NCBI GenBank assembly: GCA_965203355.1
Contig: OZ241889.1
Span: 4,000,001-4,064,000, forward strand
Length of the DNA stretch: 64,000 bases
DNA from: Candidatus Latescibacterota bacterium
GTDB taxonomy: Bacteria; Latescibacterota; UBA2968; UBA8231
Direction of reading: 5' to 3'
Shown here: positions 51,664 to 61,099 of the stretch, in pieces
How positions within the stretch are numbered: position 1 is the first letter of the stretch
How the letters are laid out: every line of letters begins with the position of its first letter
Position numbers and translations under genes: made by a program
Notes under the pieces: model-generated
The model's database searches: none
Told to the model about the DNA's origin: nothing
Seen by the model: only the letters and a program-made list of their open reading frames with translations

Positions 51664-52556
51664 CGCAAGGCTTCCACAATGGTGTTGACGTTGCTTTCGA
51701 CCATGCCCACATACGTGTCGGCCCCGCTGCCAACAGCCCCCATCGCATCCGAATACAGGGTGCCGCCTATTTCCACTTGGAAGCCGCGGTCTAAGCATCC
51801 TTCGCGCACGGCCTCAATGGAGCGCACGGGCACACTGCTCTCGACGAAGATGGCCTTGACTTGGCGTTCCACGATCAGATCGACCAGCCGCGTGACGTCG
51901 TTGACCCCGTAATCGGCCACGGTGGAAATGCCTTGCAGGCCGATGACCTCTATTCCGTAGGCCCGGCCAAAATAGCCGAAGGCGTCGTGGGCCGTAATCA
52001 GCACTCGACTGGTCTCCGGCAGCAACTCGACCTGCTCGCCGACCCATTGGTGTAGCGCGTCGAGTCGCTCCCGATAGCGGGCGCCGTTCTGGCGATAGAC
52101 CGCCGCCCCGTCCGGGTCTATTGCGCTCAGACGAGCCACGACCGGCTCGATCGTCTGCACCCACAGCGACACGTCGAACCATATATGGGGATCGAAGTTG
52201 CCGGCAAACTCCGGGGGGCGCAGCAAGCGCTCTGCTGCTATTTGCTCGGCCACGGCCAACACCGGCGTACTGCGGGCCATTTTGGCGAAAATGTCTTCCA
52301 TCTTGCCTTCGAGAAAAAGGCCGTTGAAGAGAATCAGATCCGCCGCCGTCAGCTTGGCCAAATCGCCTTGCGACGCCTTGTAGTAATGCGGGTCGACGCC
52401 CGGGCCCATCATCCCGATCACCGCGATGCGGTCGCCGCCGACCTGGCGGGCGAGATCGGCCACCATCCCGGTGGTACACACCACTTCGATCCGTCCGTTG
52501 TCGCGCTCGGGCGCATCGCAACCCAACGCGCACAACAAAATGAAAATCCAGAACAT
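51660..52556 (-). CDS. Mn/Zn/Fe ABC transporter substrate-binding lipoprotein (TroA/MntA-like)
   Basis: Lipobox ALGC, DPH, DPHIW, HDAF, SD metal ligands. Confidence 0.95.
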   Translation of the reverse strand: MFWIFILLCALGCDAPERDNGRIEVVCTTGMVADLARQVGGDRIAVIGMMGPGVDPHYYKASQGDLAKLTAADLILFNGLFLEGKMEDIFAKMARSTPVLAVAEQIAAERLLRPPEFAGNFDPHIWFDVSLWVQTIEPVVARLSAIDPDGAAVYRQNGARYRERLDALHQWVGEQVELLPETSRVLITAHDAFGYFGRAYGIEVIGLQGISTVADYGVNDVTRLVDLIVERQVKAIFVESSVPVRSIEAVREGCLDRGFQVEIGGTLYSDAMGAVGSGADTYVGMVESNVNTIVEALR

Positions 52557-52595
52557 GGTCCTTTGCTTGCCTAGTTAATTAAACAAAAATAGTAA

Positions 52596-52611
52596 TTTAG
52601 CTATGGCTAAA
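52596..52611. promoter_or_regulatory. Putative DtxR/MntR-family operator overlapping the transporter promoter
   Basis: Palindrome TTTAGC-tatg-GCTAAA lying between minus-strand TTGACA (52621-52616) and TAAATT (52599-52594). Confidence 0.65.
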
Positions 52612-52686
52612 AAATTGTCAAGATCATTGCTAAATCTATCTTTCGCCTTATCTTAAATACAGAGCGCGTAACCTTGGAGGTACGAG

Positions 52687-53358
52687 GTGCTAACGCAGGC
52701 CATTGAGGATTATCTCAAGACGATCTACAAGTTGCAGTACAGCAACGAGCACGGCGGGCGCGTCACCACCTCGGTGATTGCCAGCCGCATGGAAGTGACG
52801 GCGGCCTCGGCGACAAACATGATCAAGAAACTCGCCGAACTGAATCTGCTCATGTACGCGCCGTACCGCGGGGTCGAGCTAACGGCCAGCGGCGAGAAGA
52901 TAGCCTTGGAGACCATCCGTCATCACCGCTTGCTCGAGCTGTATCTCAGCCAAGCGTTGGGCTATTCCTGGGACCAGATCGACGCCGAAGCCGACCGCCT
53001 AGAGCACGCTATTTCCGAGGAGTTTGAAGACCGCATCGACGAAGCCTTGGGCCATCCGACTGTCGGTGCCCACGGCGAGCCGATCCCCACCAAGCAAGGC
53101 CAGATCGACCGCCCGCAGTACCGCCGTCTCTCCGAACTAAAAGACGGCCAATCCGCGATCATCCGCCGAGTCAGCGACCGCAATCCCCAGATGCTGCGCT
53201 ATATGGAAAATTTGCAACTGCGCTTGGGCACCCGGGTCGAAGTTACCGCCAAAGCACCTTTTAACGGCCCGCTGCAATTGAAAATCGGTACTGCCAAGCA
53301 AAAGGAAGTGTCGCTGGGGTTGGAAGTGGCCGGTAGTATCTTCGTCGAGACCGACTGA
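52687..53358 (+). CDS. DtxR/MntR-family metal-dependent repressor with FeoA domain
   Basis: EDYLKTIY, HHRLLE, EADRLEH, HGEPIP, C-terminal FeoA-like domain. Confidence 0.93.
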   Translation: MLTQAIEDYLKTIYKLQYSNEHGGRVTTSVIASRMEVTAASATNMIKKLAELNLLMYAPYRGVELTASGEKIALETIRHHRLLELYLSQALGYSWDQIDAEADRLEHAISEEFEDRIDEALGHPTVGAHGEPIPTKQGQIDRPQYRRLSELKDGQSAIIRRVSDRNPQMLRYMENLQLRLGTRVEVTAKAPFNGPLQLKIGTAKQKEVSLGLEVAGSIFVETD

Positions 53359-53360
53359 TC

Positions 53361-54005
53361 TTATTTGTGGCTTCTGGTGTGCCCATTGGCGGACGCCAAG
53401 CGATGGAACTGGCCCTCGGCCTCCAGCAGGGGGATTATTTGCTCAAAGTACTCGCAGAGTGCGTGTAGGCGGCCGTTTTCGGCCGTCATCTCCAAGAGTC
53501 GTTGCCTAATCTCCAAGTTGAGGCCCGGCACTTGGGCGATCTGAAAGGCATTTTGCAGAGGCCCTATCTCGGCGCGCATCCCGGTCACTGCCGCAAGTTG
53601 CCCCATCAACTGCTCTAGCCCGGCAACCGCCTTGGCCAAAAGCACTGGGTCGGTCGGTTCCTCGGCGTCATCTACGTACTCCACCCAAGCCTCCAAATAG
53701 GGCTTGTCCTCGGTGATACGCGCGATGCGAAAGCGCCGTCCGCCGCGGACGATGATATTGAGTCGGCCATCGTCAAACTCGTCGAGCACTTTGGTCAACC
53801 GCATCGCGCAGCCCACCTCGCCCTGTACCTCGCGGTCCTTCCCCAGAATCATGCCAATGGGCACGATCTCGCCGCGCTCGTCAGCCGCCCGTACCGCCTC
53901 GAGCATCTGCTTGTAGCGCGGCTCAAATATGTGCAGGGGCACGATTTGGTCCGGGAAAACGACGATCGGCAGGGGAAAGAGTGGGATTGGATTGCAATCT
54001 AGCAT
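53361..54005 (-). CDS. LON peptidase N-terminal (substrate-binding) domain protein
   Basis: PLFPL.VVFP....LHIFEPRYK.M, DGRLNI...G.RRF. Confidence 0.88.
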   Translation of the reverse strand: MLDCNPIPLFPLPIVVFPDQIVPLHIFEPRYKQMLEAVRAADERGEIVPIGMILGKDREVQGEVGCAMRLTKVLDEFDDGRLNIIVRGGRRFRIARITEDKPYLEAWVEYVDDAEEPTDPVLLAKAVAGLEQLMGQLAAVTGMRAEIGPLQNAFQIAQVPGLNLEIRQRLLEMTAENGRLHALCEYFEQIIPLLEAEGQFHRLASANGHTRSHK

Positions 54006-54154
54006 GGGCGCGTCGCGTTGGGCTGGCGGAAAAGAGCAAATTAAACCGCCGCTACCAGCGAGGGCAAGCGGTGCGACGCGGTGGCATGGTTGACATTGCC
54101 CTAGCAGCGCGACTCATTAAAGAGGCCCCTCAAAATCAAAACCGGGACTTGGCT

Positions 54155-55747
54155 ATGGCACGCCGCCGCAAGAAAAACGTCCGCAGCGAGATCGAGCGAG
54201 CCGCAAACCGCAAAAACCTCCGAAGCCACATCCGCGCCTTGGGCCTCCAGTCCGAGGACGAGTACCGAGCTTGGTGCCGCAAGCGCGGCTTGGGCGACGG
54301 TCTCCACAAGAGCAATCGCCAAATCCAAAAGGAGCGTCAGCTCGCCCTACGCCAGCAGGGCGAGGCCGCCCTCGCCCGCACCCGCCAGCGCACGCGCAGC
54401 CCGGCCAACACCATTCGCCAACTCTACGACCGCACACTCCCCAAGGGGCGGCTCGGTGCCGACTATCTCTACAAGATCCGCGGTCTTTTCAACGCTTTTC
54501 CCAGCGGGCCGCTGCGCCGCGCCTTGCTCGACATGCTGCTCCAAGTCGAGCGGCGCGGCGCGCTCTTTCGCCTCGACCCGGTCATCCCCGCGTTTGGCGC
54601 TCACCCGCACAACAATTTCATCGACGGCTTGGCTTCCTTGGCCCGCCATTCAGAAGACTGGGTGCGCCCTATCGCCGAGTGGTCGCCGCCAAGCCACAAC
54701 CCCCGCAAACAATTTCACCACCTCGCCTGCCACCTGCTGGCCTTCTATGACGTGCCCGTTTTTATGGACGCGGCCTTTTTCACCTCGCAAATGCCAGAAG
54801 CTGGTTTGCACCAAACGTGGTTCAAGCACATCGGCGCGGGGCAAAACATCCGCACTGCCGACCTGCCCGTCGCCTTGAGCAAGAAGTCGGCCCATTGCTT
54901 CCTCGCCGCCCCCGACGACCTCTCCATCACCCATGCCCTGCGCTGGGGCCAAGTCTTGGGGCAAGGCGGCAGTCCAACGCTGGCGCGGGCGGTGATTGGC
55001 ACCCGGTTGGGCCAGTCGTTTGAAAACGAGGACTTTTGGTCCACCGCGATCCTGTTTTTTGCCAACAATCCCATGCTCGACCCAGCCCACGTCGGACCCA
55101 TCGTCGATTACATCTACAATCAGAAATACGCGCCGCAACAAATCGTCCTGCCCGGCGGTCGCGTCGCGCAAGGGCCGCCGCCACAGCCGAATTTCTCGAT
55201 GAAAAGCCGCAGCATTCCCAAACTGTTGCGTCAAATTGAAGAGTGGCACCAAACGCTGGCGCAGCAGGTGCTGCTGCCCGCTGCCGAAGCCGAGCCAGAT
55301 GACGGAGTTACAAACAAAAAGGGGCGCGTCCGGCCCATGTCTTGGGGCGCTTCGAGTATCGGCGAGTTCGAGTTGAAGCAGGAGGACAAGCAACTCAGCG
55401 AGACTTTCACTTGGAGCATACGGGAGTTGCTCTCCAACGCCGAACTGTGGGCCGAAGGCCGCGAAATGGGCCACTGCGTCTATACCTACGCCAAGAGCTG
55501 TCGCAACGGCAGTACCTCAATCTGGTCCCTCGGCGTAGAAGACGGCAAAGGCCATCGCCACCGCATCCTCACCATCGCCGTCGATCCGCGCAGCCGCGCC
55601 ATCACCCAAATCCGCGGCCGCTACAACGTCCTGCCCAGCACCAAAAATAAAAAGAACCTAGAGCGCTCCTATCAGAAATTGCTACTCCGCTCGCAGAAAG
55701 TGCTCGGGCAGTGGATGGGCCGCGAATTCATCAGCAAACGCTACTGA
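54155..55747 (+). CDS. PcfJ-domain protein
   Basis: C-terminal IRELLS..EL..EG..M.HCV.TY...C and QIRG.YN; basic N-terminus; ATG at 54155. Confidence 0.75.
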   Translation: MARRRKKNVRSEIERAANRKNLRSHIRALGLQSEDEYRAWCRKRGLGDGLHKSNRQIQKERQLALRQQGEAALARTRQRTRSPANTIRQLYDRTLPKGRLGADYLYKIRGLFNAFPSGPLRRALLDMLLQVERRGALFRLDPVIPAFGAHPHNNFIDGLASLARHSEDWVRPIAEWSPPSHNPRKQFHHLACHLLAFYDVPVFMDAAFFTSQMPEAGLHQTWFKHIGAGQNIRTADLPVALSKKSAHCFLAAPDDLSITHALRWGQVLGQGGSPTLARAVIGTRLGQSFENEDFWSTAILFFANNPMLDPAHVGPIVDYIYNQKYAPQQIVLPGGRVAQGPPPQPNFSMKSRSIPKLLRQIEEWHQTLAQQVLLPAAEAEPDDGVTNKKGRVRPMSWGASSIGEFELKQEDKQLSETFTWSIRELLSNAELWAEGREMGHCVYTYAKSCRNGSTSIWSLGVEDGKGHRHRILTIAVDPRSRAITQIRGRYNVLPSTKNKKNLERSYQKLLLRSQKVLGQWMGREFISKRY

Positions 55748-55779
55748 GTCCGTTGCACAGGATTGTACTCTACTGTTGC

Positions 55780-56052
55780 CGAAAATCTACTATCAGCAAG
55801 TTTGTCTGGCCCTTCTGGTATTCAGAGGACTTAATAGACGCGCCCATTACAGTAACTATGGAGAAGTTTCGCGCCGTTAAGTTTCCGGGCGATAATGAAA
55901 AGAAGTTAAAAATATACTTTAGCGATTACGATAAACCCTACATATCTAATAAGAGTAATCTCGACACACTTGCCAGAATAATGCAAAGCACTAAATTCAC
56001 GGAGTGGTCAGTTGAGTTACTTAGCAACCATCAAGAGCACGAAGGAGGATGA
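55780..56052 (+). pseudogene. Truncated phage-like protein
   Basis: AT-rich; EDL...ITVTM...EKK..IYF..YDKP...NKSN..TLA.I....EW; no clear start, 5' end approximate. Confidence 0.4.
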
Positions 56053-56390
56053 CAATGCCGTCCCGTCCCGTTAGTTCTTGTATCCGTAAAGGGGACAAGG
56101 ACATCGTCATCCCTTGTTGTCGATATACGGGCGGCCCGACTACACAATCCCTCATAGAGGAGTTATTAATTCGATACGCCCCTGAATACGGTGTTATGAG
56201 GGGGCGTAGAGAATTAATACTTCACAGCACAAGAATGAAAACAGCAGAACGAGTAAAGAAATGGGATTGGGTAGTTATAGACGGGTATATTCCCCGTGTA
56301 ATGCACGAAACAGAATTTCAACTAAAGTATCTACCTATGCACCACAGCGTAGAGATACAGAAAATAAAGGAAAAGGAAAGAGAGGACTAA
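56049..56390 (+). CDS. Hypothetical protein (phage-like)
   Basis: AAGGAGG RBS, ATGA overlap, AT-rich. Confidence 0.55.
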   Translation: MTMPSRPVSSCIRKGDKDIVIPCCRYTGGPTTQSLIEELLIRYAPEYGVMRGRRELILHSTRMKTAERVKKWDWVVIDGYIPRVMHETEFQLKYLPMHHSVEIQKIKEKERED

Positions 56391-56392
56391 TC

Positions 56393-56698
56393 ATGGAAGA
56401 GAAAAATACAGAGCCGAGAAGGCGGGCGGAGCAGAAAGAAACTACTGAGCAGGTGGTTGTAGTAAAGAAGAGCGAAGTAACTGACTTAGACATTCTTCGT
56501 AAGTTGCTACTATTCATTCTCGGAGGGGTTGTTGTGGGTATTGCCGTTAATGGTTTCGATCTATACACCGAGACCATAGATAGTTACAGAGTAACTAACG
56601 CGGAAGTGTTTGTCATGTATGTTAAGTTGCATTTCAGACTAATGCTAATGCTTGCAGTTACCATTGTGGCTTACTTTCTGGACAGGATACTATCGTAA
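56393..56698 (+). CDS. Hypothetical two-TM protein
   Basis: GAGG RBS before ATG 56393; two hydrophobic helices; AT-rich. Confidence 0.55.
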   Translation: MEEKNTEPRRRAEQKETTEQVVVVKKSEVTDLDILRKLLLFILGGVVVGIAVNGFDLYTETIDSYRVTNAEVFVMYVKLHFRLMLMLAVTIVAYFLDRILS

Positions 56699-57065
56699 TA
56701 ATGAATTTCTCAGGCGATACCTTGAATAGCTCGGCCAGCTTCCGGGCTGTTTTTAAGCTAATCGACCGCTTCCCTCGCTCCATGTTTGAGATATGCTGAC
56801 GGGGAACAGCACCGAGCATCTCACCTAACTTGGCCTGAGTCAAACCGCGATTCTCCCGATAGATCTTCAGATTGTCGCCCGGCGTCATCTTTGACTTGAT
56901 GTCCCGATACCAGCCGGTCTCAAAGATGTTCACAGCCTCTTCGTCGTTATCTTCCAAAAGTTGAATCTGTTCGCCGTACTCTTCTTCCAGCATAGACATT
57001 AACCTATCGGGAATCTCTCCCTTAATATTGATCTCAATACGGGGCGTTTTCACGACTGCCTGCAT
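56658..57065 (-). CDS. XRE-family HTH antitoxin (HigA-like)
   Basis: PGDNLKIYRENRGLTQAKLGEMLG..RQHISNMERGKRSIS...A.KL. Confidence 0.85.
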   Translation of the reverse strand: MQAVVKTPRIEINIKGEIPDRLMSMLEEEYGEQIQLLEDNDEEAVNIFETGWYRDIKSKMTPGDNLKIYRENRGLTQAKLGEMLGAVPRQHISNMERGKRSISLKTARKLAELFKVSPEKFIITIVSCPESKPQW

Positions 57066-57297
57066 AATAGACCTCGATGGTTTTTGAAGTTTTCGCGTAA
57101 GACCAACAGGCCACCCAATCGCGGGAAAGGTGACAGTGATATTGATCAGATCCAAGTTTGCTGTAATGAGGCCAATCGCTTCTTATCGGTCCTTTATCCC
57201 GCAAATCTTCGACAAGGTTGGCGACTCGTCGTTGAACCGGCTCGGGAAGCTTTTGAATGCGCCTCAGCACTTTTCGCTTTACGATGATTTCATACAT
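57034..57297 (-). CDS. RelE/HigB-like toxin
   Basis: 87 aa basic protein, YHCHL...WVACW...IEVYYAGSRE; overlaps start of downstream HTH gene. Confidence 0.75.
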   Translation of the reverse strand: MYEIIVKRKVLRRIQKLPEPVQRRVANLVEDLRDKGPIRSDWPHYSKLGSDQYHCHLSRDWVACWSYAKTSKTIEVYYAGSRENAPY

Positions 57298-57304
57298 ATT
57301 AAAA

Positions 57305-57323
57305 GTAACCTATTAATGGTTAC
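57305..57323. promoter_or_regulatory. Putative TA autoregulatory operator
   Basis: Inverted repeat GTAACC-N7-GGTTAC within minus-strand TTGATA-17-TACTTT promoter. Confidence 0.6.
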
Positions 57324-57586
57324 ATATCAAGGACGAACAAATAGGTGGATGACGCAGGTACGCACCGCCCTAGACAGTCTCACCAGCGGCACTCAATGCA
57401 GCGGGTTACGTCAGCGGTAATATCATCCAAGGTTCGCTCCTTGGCATCTGGACTCGACACGGGCGTCCTGACTCCGTTGATGACGCAGTCGTCGAAATAC
57501 TGGAGTTGCCCCATCTTCCGATATTTCGATGCGCTAGTGTACTGCTCTTTTTGCGCCGCGCCCATCCTGCACTATCTTGCTCTCGC

Positions 57587-57889
57587 ATGGAAAACACCCA
57601 CTTCGTCCCAGCCGCGGCCGAGCACGTCGCCCGAGAAAAAAACAAAGCCAAGGAACTGCGCCGCTCCCAGTGGTGGAAGCGCAAACGAGCCGCTGGCCAG
57701 TGCCACTACTGCCAGCAATCATTTGCGCCCCAAGAACTGACCATGGATCACGTGGTACCGCTCATTCGCGGCGGCCACACCACCAAGTCCAACGTGGTCC
57801 CTTGCTGCCAGCCCTGCAACAGCCAAAAGCAGCACCTGCTCCCCATTGAATGGGCGGCCTATCTAGAGCGACTGCGCGGCACTAGCTAG
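57587..57889 (+). CDS. Small HNH endonuclease
   Basis: CHYC...TMDHVVP..RGG.....NVVPCC..CN..K. Confidence 0.88.
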   Translation: MENTHFVPAAAEHVAREKNKAKELRRSQWWKRKRAAGQCHYCQQSFAPQELTMDHVVPLIRGGHTTKSNVVPCCQPCNSQKQHLLPIEWAAYLERLRGTS

Positions 57890-58827
57890 TGATAATCCAC
57901 AAGGTCGGCGATGGCCGCGGCCACTTCCGCGGCCACTTCCGCCGGGACCCGCGGATTGAATGGGCCGCCCTCGCCGCCATCCACATCGCTGAATCCCCCC
58001 AAGTGCATAGCTTCGACCACAGCCGAATAGTTGTACATGCGGCCGTTGCGAAAGCGAATTTCCTCTAGGGGCGCGAGCTGGTTTTCAATCTGCTGCGAGG
58101 TCGCAAAATCGCCGCGGCGCTGGGCGTTGTTGATCTCGTCTGAGGCGCGGACAAAGGCCACGTTGATACCCGACGTATGCCCTTTGGTGCCGCGCTCGGC
58201 CGGCCCGGTCGAACGATCGCCCACACCCCAAATCACCAGCGCAGCCCCTTCCTCGACACCCGCGACAATCGGCTCAACATCATCAACCGTAGTGCCGATC
58301 TTCAGGCCCGCGAAGTACTCGGACTCGTTCATCAGCCGCACGGCTATCTCGCGCTCGGCTGAGTTGCGCAGGTAGTAGAGCAACTGGGCGCCGCACGAGC
58401 GTCCTAACCGCTCGGCAAGGTCGAGATAATAGGCAAAAATGCCCTCTGGATTGGCTACCCCGGCAAGCGGCATGACGAGATAGACATCTGGAGGATATTC
58501 GAGCGCGGCCTCCCGCTCGATCAACCGCTCGGCATCCCCCACCGGATTGGGGGCAATCCCGGCCATCAGCACCCCGCGCCCCCTCATCTGCTCGCCGGTA
58601 AAGCCCAACAGCCGCACTTGCTCGTCCGCGCTAATGTGGTGGATCAAGCTAGTGCCGGCGATGCCGATCACCCGAGGGCGATCGCCGTCCAAGTGATTAT
58701 TGTCCATCAAGTAGTGGATGTTCTTGGCGTGGGCCTCGTAGTCGATTTGCCCGCCGCGAAAAGGGACCACCGGAATCGAAGTAACTGAGTTTAGCGCGGC
58801 GAGTAGGTCTTCTTGTTGCAATGGCAT
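57886..58827 (-). CDS. Divergent DHDPS/NAL-family TIM-barrel lyase
   Basis: SIPVVPF, ID...H..NI.YL, LLYY, GLKIG (Schiff-base Lys position), TSG; ATG at 58827. Confidence 0.7.
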   Translation of the reverse strand: MPLQQEDLLAALNSVTSIPVVPFRGGQIDYEAHAKNIHYLMDNNHLDGDRPRVIGIAGTSLIHHISADEQVRLLGFTGEQMRGRGVLMAGIAPNPVGDAERLIEREAALEYPPDVYLVMPLAGVANPEGIFAYYLDLAERLGRSCGAQLLYYLRNSAEREIAVRLMNESEYFAGLKIGTTVDDVEPIVAGVEEGAALVIWGVGDRSTGPAERGTKGHTSGINVAFVRASDEINNAQRRGDFATSQQIENQLAPLEEIRFRNGRMYNYSAVVEAMHLGGFSDVDGGEGGPFNPRVPAEVAAEVAAAIADLVDYH

Positions 58828-58859
58828 GTTTAACCTCAACTGTGTTAAATGCGATGAGT

Positions 58860-59933
58860 TTAACGCTCGGGGGCGAAGTAGCACATGTCGCGCCCCGGCG
58901 TTCCCGCGGCGATCCAACGGGCGACGATTTGGCCGGTAATCGGCCCTAGCAAGACGCCGTTTTTGTAGTGCCCAGAAGCCACAAAAACGCGCGGCGCATC
59001 CGTCAGCGGGCCAATGAGCGGACGCCCGCCTCGCGGCTTGGGCCGCAGCCCGGCCTGCTGGCGCGACAGGGGCAGGCACTTTCCCAACGCAAAGCGCACC
59101 TCCGAAGCAAACTCCGCGGCGGCAGCGCGGGTCGTCGCCAACCGAAAGCCGACCTCTTCCACCGTCGATCCCACGATTGTTTCGCCGCTGTCTGGAATGA
59201 AATGGCGTCCGTTTATCCTCACTAAATGGCGCAGCCGGGCACCAGCAAAACGCGCTTGTTGGCCTCGCACCGGGCGCAGCGCGATTTGGGCACCAAGCTG
59301 GGCGGCCAAGTCGCCGGTCCACGCCCCAGCCGCCAAGACCGCAAAGTCGGCGCGGTGGGTTCCGCGGGTAGTCGCGACCTCGACGGTCTCGCCCACTTGA
59401 GCAACGCGCCAGACGCGCTCGCCCCAAGCAGCGGACGCGCCCTGCCGCACGGCCACCGCCCAAAGGGCCGCGCCCAACCTGAGGGGATCTACCCGATGAT
59501 CGTCGGCAAAATACAGCCCCTCGCCCTTGCCGTCTAAACCCGGCTCCACATCGCGCAAGGCCCGCGCGTCGAGCCGCTCAACCCGACAGCCGCGCGCACG
59601 GTTGAAGCACCATACCGCCTCTAGCTGGGCCGGGGCGGCAAAAAGCTCAATGCCGCCGAGGGGACGCCAGCCCACATCTACACCCAACTCTTCGGCTAGG
59701 TCGCGAGCCAGCCGAGCGTGCAGGGCGTGGCCATCGCGGAAAAGCTGGGCGTAGGGATTGTCGCCGCCGTTGCAGTGGGTGAGGACCCCCAACGAGGCCC
59801 GGCTCGTGGGCGAAGCGGCTATCCCCTCGTCGATCAGGACGACCTTCGCGCCTTGCCGAGCGAGGAAATAGGCTGTCGAGCGACCGATGATACCGGCCCC
59901 GACCACCAACGCGCGCACACCCGTTAAGGCCAT
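58860..59933 (-). CDS. FAD-dependent oxidoreductase (glycine oxidase/DAO family)
   Basis: VVGAGIIG, AAGAW, PVRGQ, GLRP, GHYKNGVLL.P.T. Confidence 0.88.
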   Translation of the reverse strand: MALTGVRALVVGAGIIGRSTAYFLARQGAKVVLIDEGIAASPTSRASLGVLTHCNGGDNPYAQLFRDGHALHARLARDLAEELGVDVGWRPLGGIELFAAPAQLEAVWCFNRARGCRVERLDARALRDVEPGLDGKGEGLYFADDHRVDPLRLGAALWAVAVRQGASAAWGERVWRVAQVGETVEVATTRGTHRADFAVLAAGAWTGDLAAQLGAQIALRPVRGQQARFAGARLRHLVRINGRHFIPDSGETIVGSTVEEVGFRLATTRAAAAEFASEVRFALGKCLPLSRQQAGLRPKPRGGRPLIGPLTDAPRVFVASGHYKNGVLLGPITGQIVARWIAAGTPGRDMCYFAPER

Positions 59934-61085
59934 CTAACGACCGACGATCGGCGGCAGGTTGGTCGCCGGGCAGGCGCGAGGGCCTTGGACGGGATAGCCC
60001 ATATCCGCGAGGACGCAGTTGATTTGGGCTTCTAGCTTGATCAGGTACTCCTGCTCGGACGCGCTGCTCAACGTGCGCGCTGGGCCTACGTCAAAGCCAC
60101 GAGCCGCCACTCCCGTCTTGAAGCCCTCTGGGAAATTGACTCCGAGGAGCATCAAATTTATGAGATCGAGGATGCGGTATTGCAGTTCGCGGGCCCGCTC
60201 AATGTCGCCGCTTTGGGCCTTTTCATACAGCTCGACGATGACTTCCGGGACAATGCCCGCGGTGGCGATGGTGCCCCCGCTGGCTCCCATGAGTACCGCC
60301 GGGAACACGATCTCCTCACAACCGGTCATCACCACGTAGTCCGAGCGCTGTTGGCGCAAGCGGTTCATGGCGTTGAGCAGCCTCGGTAGATCGCGGCTGG
60401 AGTCCTTGGTGCCGAAGATCCGATCATAGGGCAAGAGCCGCTCCATCAGCTCTATTGACAGCTCTTGGGTAAATCGCGGGATATTGTACAGCAGGATGTC
60501 CAGCGGCGACTGTTCGGCGATTTCAGCGAAGTACTCGAAGAGGCTCTCGGTGGAAATCTCGTAGTAATAGGGGGGCATCAGCGCGATAGCATCCACGCCG
60601 AGCGCGGCATAGTATTCGGCCATCTTGAGCACATCGCGCAAATTGGCCTCACTCGCTCCAGCTAGGACGGGTACGCGCCCGGCGTTGACCTCGCAGACCA
60701 GCCGCACCACGTCTTGGCGCTCCTCTTGCGACAGGCGCGCGAACTCGCCCGTGCTGCCGTTGGGGTACAGCCCGTGGATCCCAACCTCGATCAGCCAGTT
60801 GATGTAGCGCTCCATCTCGGCGTGGTTGATCTCGTTCTCGCTGTTGAAAAGGACGACATTGGGACAGAAGATGCCAGCAAATGCCTTGCGGCCGGCCGCT
60901 GGTGCTGGCGTTGGAAGGGCTTGATGGCCCGCTTCCCGGCGCACGATCTCAACGCCTTGGGCCTGCAAAAAATCCTGCGCCGACGGCGTCAGTTTAGCCC
61001 CCGGGCCGATCTCGACCTGCCGCTCGCCCGCTAGGCGACTCTCCAAGGTCTGCGCGGTAATCACTGCATCGTCAATCCGAATCAT
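59934..61085 (-). CDS. DHDPS-family aldolase with N-terminal BMC-associated extension
   Basis: NGSTGEF, PPYY, LYNIP, GTKDSS; about 65 aa N-terminal extension with VIT..LTPSA.D motif. Confidence 0.88.
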   Translation of the reverse strand: MIRIDDAVITAQTLESRLAGERQVEIGPGAKLTPSAQDFLQAQGVEIVRREAGHQALPTPAPAAGRKAFAGIFCPNVVLFNSENEINHAEMERYINWLIEVGIHGLYPNGSTGEFARLSQEERQDVVRLVCEVNAGRVPVLAGASEANLRDVLKMAEYYAALGVDAIALMPPYYYEISTESLFEYFAEIAEQSPLDILLYNIPRFTQELSIELMERLLPYDRIFGTKDSSRDLPRLLNAMNRLRQQRSDYVVMTGCEEIVFPAVLMGASGGTIATAGIVPEVIVELYEKAQSGDIERARELQYRILDLINLMLLGVNFPEGFKTGVAARGFDVGPARTLSSASEQEYLIKLEAQINCVLADMGYPVQGPRACPATNLPPIVGR

Positions 61086-61099
61086 TGCTCGCGTCCTCG

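Noticed and set aside
57380-57565. 61-aa minus-strand ORF between the TA module and HNH gene
   Set aside because: May be a gene remnant, but no family, RBS or motif recognised.
57587-57889. HNH endonuclease as a mobile or defence effector of the adjacent islet
   Set aside because: Host-like GC and stand-alone small HNH architecture; nothing links it to the islet beyond proximity.
58828-59463. Long N-terminal extension of the 525-aa ORF 57886..59463
   Set aside because: Out-of-frame overlap with the FAD oxidoreductase; low-complexity Arg/Gly/Ala sequence; real start is ATG 58827.
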